A stretch of 64,000 nt of DNA from the human T2T-CHM13v2.0 reference genome, Homo sapiens: assembly GCF_009914755.1 (NCBI RefSeq), contig NC_060935.1; one strand, 5' to 3'. Shown here piece by piece: positions 56,647 to 64,000 of this stretch; the stretch's first letter is position 1, and each line of letters begins with the position of its first letter. The position numbers and the translations under genes are program-made. The notes below the pieces were generated by a model. The model made no database searches, had not been told where the DNA came from, and saw only the letters and a list, made by a program, of their open reading frames with translations.

Positions 56647-58450
56647 AATTGTTAGAAATAATAGCTCAGAGTCATAAAGAAAATGAGCACTCAAACAAAA
56701 GATTTCTCAGCAAGGCAAATTTACTTCTGCAGAAGGATGCAGCTTGCACCACTTACGATCACAAGAGCACACTGAGTGAGATAGGGCAGGGGTTTTTATC
56801 CCTAATGCGGTTCCTAGCACTTCTGGGTCTGTTCCCCATTGACTGGGGTTGGACCACACAATCTAAGCTAACTCAATTGGCTAAGGTTTAAAATTGAATT
56901 GGGTCTATTAGGCGGGAGGAAGAGGGACTGTCCATTACTAGGTGGGAAGGCATATCTGGACTTGTCTGGGCACGGCAAAGATGGGAAGGTTGTTTACAGA
57001 AACAGGTAGCTAGGAGAAAAGGAAGTACGAGGAAGTTGGTCTTAAGAAACAAAGAACAGGGAACCAAACCTTTTTGAAGAGGGATTTATCATATCTGACA
57101 TCAGGCACATATGAAAGACTGCCGCACAGATCATTTATAAATAAATTATTTGCTGGCCTCCCCTAAACAAGGACATTGCAATTGTAATGTTAGGTCTACA
57201 ATCTACATTTAGCTAGTAAAACTAAAGTCTGATTTCCCAGTGATCATGTCAATTACAAACTTATGTTCCTAGGTGCAGAGCAAGAACAAGACAAAGAGAT
57301 CCGTCATTCCTCCACCTACCCACAGATGTCTGCATAGTTGATTCTTTATTCCCTTTTTATCTTCACCTCATGTAAAATGTTGATTTACTGAACACTAACT
57401 AAAATCTCACAAGAATGTAACTATTTGCCTTAAGGGCTACCTGCCTGTCTTCCTACATGCCTTATCCCACTTTAAGGAAAGACATAAATACTAAACCTCC
57501 TGAAAATCTTTTTGAAAAACATCTGTGGCTCATGTTTTTCCTGGACATGCCCTAAGGCTTTCTTAATAAACCTCAACTGATGTTTGAGATTTTTTTCCTC
57601 AGTCACTCATTTCAATGATCACTTTACCATTACCTCCCCACCACTGGTATCACAGGAATTAGTCCTTATGATGGCATGTTTTAATTTATATTTTTACTTG
57701 TGATAGAAATATGTGCAACACATTAATAAGTGAGGCCTTTCAAAGGAGGTTACAATATGTATACAGTGTTATTTTACCTTGAAAAGGAAATGTTCCTACC
57801 TGTGTTCTTCACTAATTTATAAGTATTTAAACAAGAATGTTATCTGAGATGTTTACTACTGGAAAGTTTTTCTATGAAAACTTTAGGCTGAAAAAATATT
57901 CCAAACTTTCATGCTTAGCTTATAAATCTGTCAGTCTTAGATGCAGGCAAGGGGCTCCCTGCCCATGTTGCTGTGCTTTAGAGAACATCTTGTGGCCCTG
58001 TTCTGGTTACACTCACCCCTTTCCACAAGAAGGCAGTCTATGGGGTCAAGGGAATATGCCTATCTGGAATCTGTGCTTTTGCACCCCACAACTTTCAGAC
58101 TGTGCTCTAGATTTTTTGTCCAATGGTGGTCTGTTTCCAGGACATAAGCAGGCCTAATCTTATCAGTTCTTTTTTTTTAAAATTTTTAATTTTAGTTTTC
58201 CTTTTTTACAAAGCTCAGCTTTCTGATCTATCATCAATTCTTAATAGTAGACAGCACCAAGGGGAATGTACCCGCAGACCTCATGAGTGGCCAAGGGGCA
58301 GCTGGTTCTGACCATACTCTGCAGAGCTGGGACTCTATAATTCTCTGTGTGTCACCCCTGCACCCTTTGAATGGTGAAAGATGAGCCATTTGGAGAAGAT
58401 GAGGGTAGAGCTTGGATGTTTATGCTGGGGTTTCTTTACCTTTGTGAGTG

Positions 58451-59172
58451 TGAAACTGCCTTTGTGAAAATTATAAAAGTGAGAAAATTATGAGTGACAG
58501 TGATCTGATCTAAATAACCCCCATCTTTCCTTTAACCTCCAAACTGCTTTTAGTGATTCCTGTGTTTGGGCCAACCTAACTTTGGGAAAAATTTAGTTTA
58601 TAGTTTAAATGGTAAAAACCCTTCCTCCAAAGTCAAGTACCATTTTAAAGCTAATGAGAGACCATCAGGTTAGGAGGATGAGGAGCCCAAATTCTGCTAA
58701 GGTATAGATGAAATGATTATCAGTCATTATTCCACAGGTCAGAAGATTTGCAACTTCCCCAATTATTCCTGCAGATAACATCATTATTATAGAAACATTA
58801 GTCTTTTGAGATGTCTTTTCAGGGTTTTGTTGCATTTCTGATGAGTGATGGCTCCACCTGGACACACAACTGGTCCTGTGGCCCCAACTAGAAGTGACTC
58901 AATGCGCAGAAGGACCATTTTCCACATCCCTATAATTACACCCCTGACCAATCAGCAGCACTCATTGCCTAACCACTCCCTTCACCCAAACTATCTCTGT
59001 AAAACCCTCACCTCCAAATTCTCAAGAAGGCTGTTTTGAATAGTAATAAAACTCTAGTCTTCCCTTTAGCCACCTCTATGAGTATAAGACCCTTTCTCTA
59101 TAACAATTCTTCTGTCTTGGTAAATTGGCTGTATCTGGGCAGCAGGCAAGAAACACCCACTGAGGAGTTACA
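58451..59172 (+). mobile_element. LTR8-like solo LTR
   Basis: TGAAACTGCCTTTG start, GGAGTTACA end; TSD AGTG/AGGG. Confidence 0.85.
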
Positions 59173-59204
59173 AGGGTGAAGCTCTCAAGGTAAAGGGTAG
59201 ATCA

Positions 59205-59266
59205 TGTGTTACTATTAACTTTGAATGTAAATAGCCTAAATGTTGCAATTAAAAGACATAGAGTGG
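59205..59266 (+). mobile_element. L1 ORF2 N-terminal fragment
   Basis: TAACTTTGAATGTAAAT..AATTAAAAGACATAGAGTGG encodes LTLNVN..IKRHRV. Confidence 0.8.
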
Positions 59267-60629
59267 TGTATTAGTCCATCTTCACACTGCTGATAAAGAC
59301 ATACCTGAGACTGAACAATTTACAAAAGAAAGAAGTTTAATTGGACTTACAGTTACACATGGGTGGGAAGGCCTCAGAATGACGGCAGGAGGTGAAAGGC
59401 ACTCCTTACATGGCAATGTCAAGAGAAAATGAGGAAGATGCAAAAGCAGAAACTTCTGATGAAATCATCAGATCTTGTGAGACTTATTCACTACCACAAG
59501 AACAGTATGGGGGAAACTGCCCCATCATTTAAATTATCTCCCACCAGGTTCTTCCCACAAAATGTGGGAATTATAGGAGAAAAATTCAAAATGGGATTTG
59601 GGTGGGGATACAGCCAAACCATATCATTCCACCCCTGGCGCCTCCAAATCTCATGTCTTCATATTTCAAAAGCAGTCATGCCTTCCCAACAGTCCCCCAG
59701 AGTCTTAACTCATTTCAGCATTAACCCAAAAGTCCACAGTCCAAAGTCTCATCTTAGACAAGGCAAGTCCCTTCTGCTTATGAGCCTATAAAATCAGAAG
59801 CAAGTTAGTTACTGCCTAGATACAATGGGGGTACAGATATTTGGTAAATACAGCCATTCCAAATGGGAGGAATTGGCACAAAAAAGCGGGGGTTACAGGG
59901 CCCAGGCATGTCCAAAATCCAGTGGGACAGTCAAATTTTAAAGCTCCAAAATGATCTCCTCTGACTCCAGGTCTCACTCCAGGTCATGCTGATGAAAGAG
60001 ATGGGTTCCCATGGTCTTGGGCAGCTCTGTCTCTCTGGCTTTGCAGGGTACAGACTCCCTCCCAGCTGTTTTCATGGGCAGGCATTGAGTGTCTGTAGTT
60101 TTTCCAGGTGAACTGTACAAGCTATCAGTAGATCTACCATTCTGGGGTCTGGAGGATGGTTGCCCTCTTCTCACAGCTCCAGCGGGGATTCTGTGCGGGG
60201 CCTCCTTCCCCACATTTTCCTTCCTCACTGCCCTAGCAGAAGTTCTCTATAAGTGCCTTGCCTCTACAGCAAACTTCTGCCTGGGCATCCAGGCATTTCC
60301 ATACATCTTCTGAAATTTAGGCAAAGGTTTCCAAACCCCAATTCTTGACTTCTGTGCACTTGCAGGCTCAATGCCATGTGGAAGCTGCCAAGGCTTGTGG
60401 CTTGCACCCTCTCAAGCCATGGCCTGAACTCTACATTGGCTCCTTTAAGCCACAGCCAGAGCAGCTGGGATACAGGGCACCAAGTCCCTAGGCTGCAAAC
60501 AGCACGGGGACCCGGGGCCTGGTCCACAGAGCCATTTTCTCCTAGGCTTCTGGGCCTGTGATGGGAGGGGCTGCTGTGAAGACCTCTGATATGCTCTGGA
60601 GACATTTTCCTCATAGTCTTGGGGATTAA

Positions 60630-60631
<2 letters not shown>
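59267..60631 (-). mobile_element. THE1 3' LTR (59267-59626) plus truncated internal region
   Basis: Complete LTR, PPT complement, and internal sequence that stops at GGGGATTAACA. Confidence 0.92.
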
Positions 60632-62040
<1,409 letters not shown>

Positions 62041-63399
62041 GCAGACGGGCAGGAAAAGAGGCATTGCAGACTGCAGGCCAGAGGATCAGAAACAGCTTTC
62101 TCTCTTACTGTCACATTCTGATATAGATTCCTAAGATGTCCTAGAATTTTAAATTAAAAACTGGCCTTCTAAGTTATACAAGGTTTGTAAGTCACAGTAA
62201 AAAGATAGAACTTATTTAAACTTCATTTATAAGTTCTGAAATTTTTGATGCACGGTATTTACATTTTATTTTTACTCTTCCCTCATGCTTCATGAACATT
62301 TAAAGCAGGCCTACTTCATGAGCTGGCCCCTAATTTTCTCCTCAAAACTATCTTTTTTAAACCCTGTCTCTTTTCTTGCAGTGTGCACTAGGAACATATT
62401 TAACTACTAACAATTTCTTAAATACATCATTGTGTTTTTACTCTTTCTATGTTTATAGCTGCCAGTGAGAGTGATTTATTTCTCTATAGACTGACTGTCC
62501 CATGCCTCAAACCCTTTTGCCTTGTCCTCCAGGTCTGCATTAAAGAGGCAGTTTCAACATTTCCTCCTTGGTGACTCTTTCCTTTATGTCCCTATCCTCT
62601 GCCTCCCAGTCACCCAGATGCCCTTATTTACTTATTCCTCTCTATTCTCAATTAGAAATATTGGCATCAATTAAACTATATTCCAGTTGTTAGTCACTTG
62701 AGGACAGTTACTATTTTTTAGGCATCTAATAACAGAGTCTGTCATAGTATCTTATGATGAGTAAATAATTTAAAAACATTTGATCAAACAAATCTATAAA
62801 CTATTCATTAATGTGATGTTAGCACTTTTGGAATTAGAAAAATGAACCAAATAAATATTATCATATGTATTTGAATGTTAAATGTAGTCTCTCTCTTGTT
62901 TTAATATTCCCAGGTTGAGAAATATTTAGATTTTATATATATAACTCTTACGCATCAGTAACTGTGGAGACATAGAAAATAAAATTACAAAATCCAGAGA
63001 GAGAAAATATATAGCAATGAATCAAAGGAAAGCTTTGTATTAATTCATTCTGTAAACAGAGCCCAGTGACTAAGAGCTATTTTTATTTTTAAAATTTACT
63101 TCAGGATTATTGATGAAGTTAAAAATATACATTCTTCATTCCTTTTATGATAGTTTGAAAGATAAAGTACTGAGAGAACGTTGAAAAATGGAGGTTGTGG
63201 ATAAACAATCCAAATGGAATTGAGTAGTGTTTATTTCATGGCTGCCAAAGATAATGCTTAAAACTACGTAAATTTAGAGAGTGTTGTCCACATTTATTCT
63301 ACAACCTTATATCATTTCCTTAGAGAAATTGCAAGTTATCTCCTTAGATTTAGCTAGCACAAAGTAAATACACAGAGCTCCATTAATAGAGACAATTTA

Positions 63400-64000
<601 letters not shown>

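Larger units (their letters stand above)
49042..57100 (-). mobile_element. Two-LTR HERV-I/IP10-type (HERVIP10, LTR10) gammaretrovirus-like provirus
   Basis: LTRs 49042-49490 and 56650-57100; tRNA-Pro-like PBS TGGGGGCCCACCTGGGAT; PPT complement ATTTCCCCCTCTT; TSD ACAG/TCAG; gag-pro-pol-env order. Confidence 0.93.
48875..57621 (+). mobile_element. MER4-group LTR split by the provirus (48875-49041 and 57101-57621)
   Basis: AAGGGAAGGTTAAGCCTGGAAGCTGAGTCATGCAA; ATGTAAAATGTTGATTTACTGA; AATAAACCTC. Confidence 0.7.

Overview
This is human/primate-type, AT-rich, CpG-poor genomic DNA that looks intergenic or deep-intronic. I found no credible host protein-coding exon, RNA gene or CRISPR array. The longer ORFs in the supplied track are decayed LINE-1 ORF1/ORF2 pieces, endogenous retrovirus gag/pol/env pieces, or Alu/MaLR frame artefacts. 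The window is a layered retroelement graveyard. It holds two near-full-length minus-strand L1PA elements with TSDs, a decayed two-LTR HERV-I/IP10-type provirus, five THE1 (MaLR) insertions, about ten other LTRs, ten Alu-family elements (one AluYg6-like), two Tigger-derived MITEs and MIR/L2 relics. The most unusual object is at 42537-44138. It is a single TSD-flanked insert with a THE1 U3-R end, an A-rich linker, HERV-L 3' internal sequence and a complete MLT2A LTR. I infer it is a MaLR/ERV-L recombinant provirus, which would be a fossil of co-packaging and RT template switching. Other oddities are two short templated sequence patches and a perfect 93-bp tandem duplication. Subfamily names come from recalled consensus sequences and need a Dfam/RepeatMasker check.
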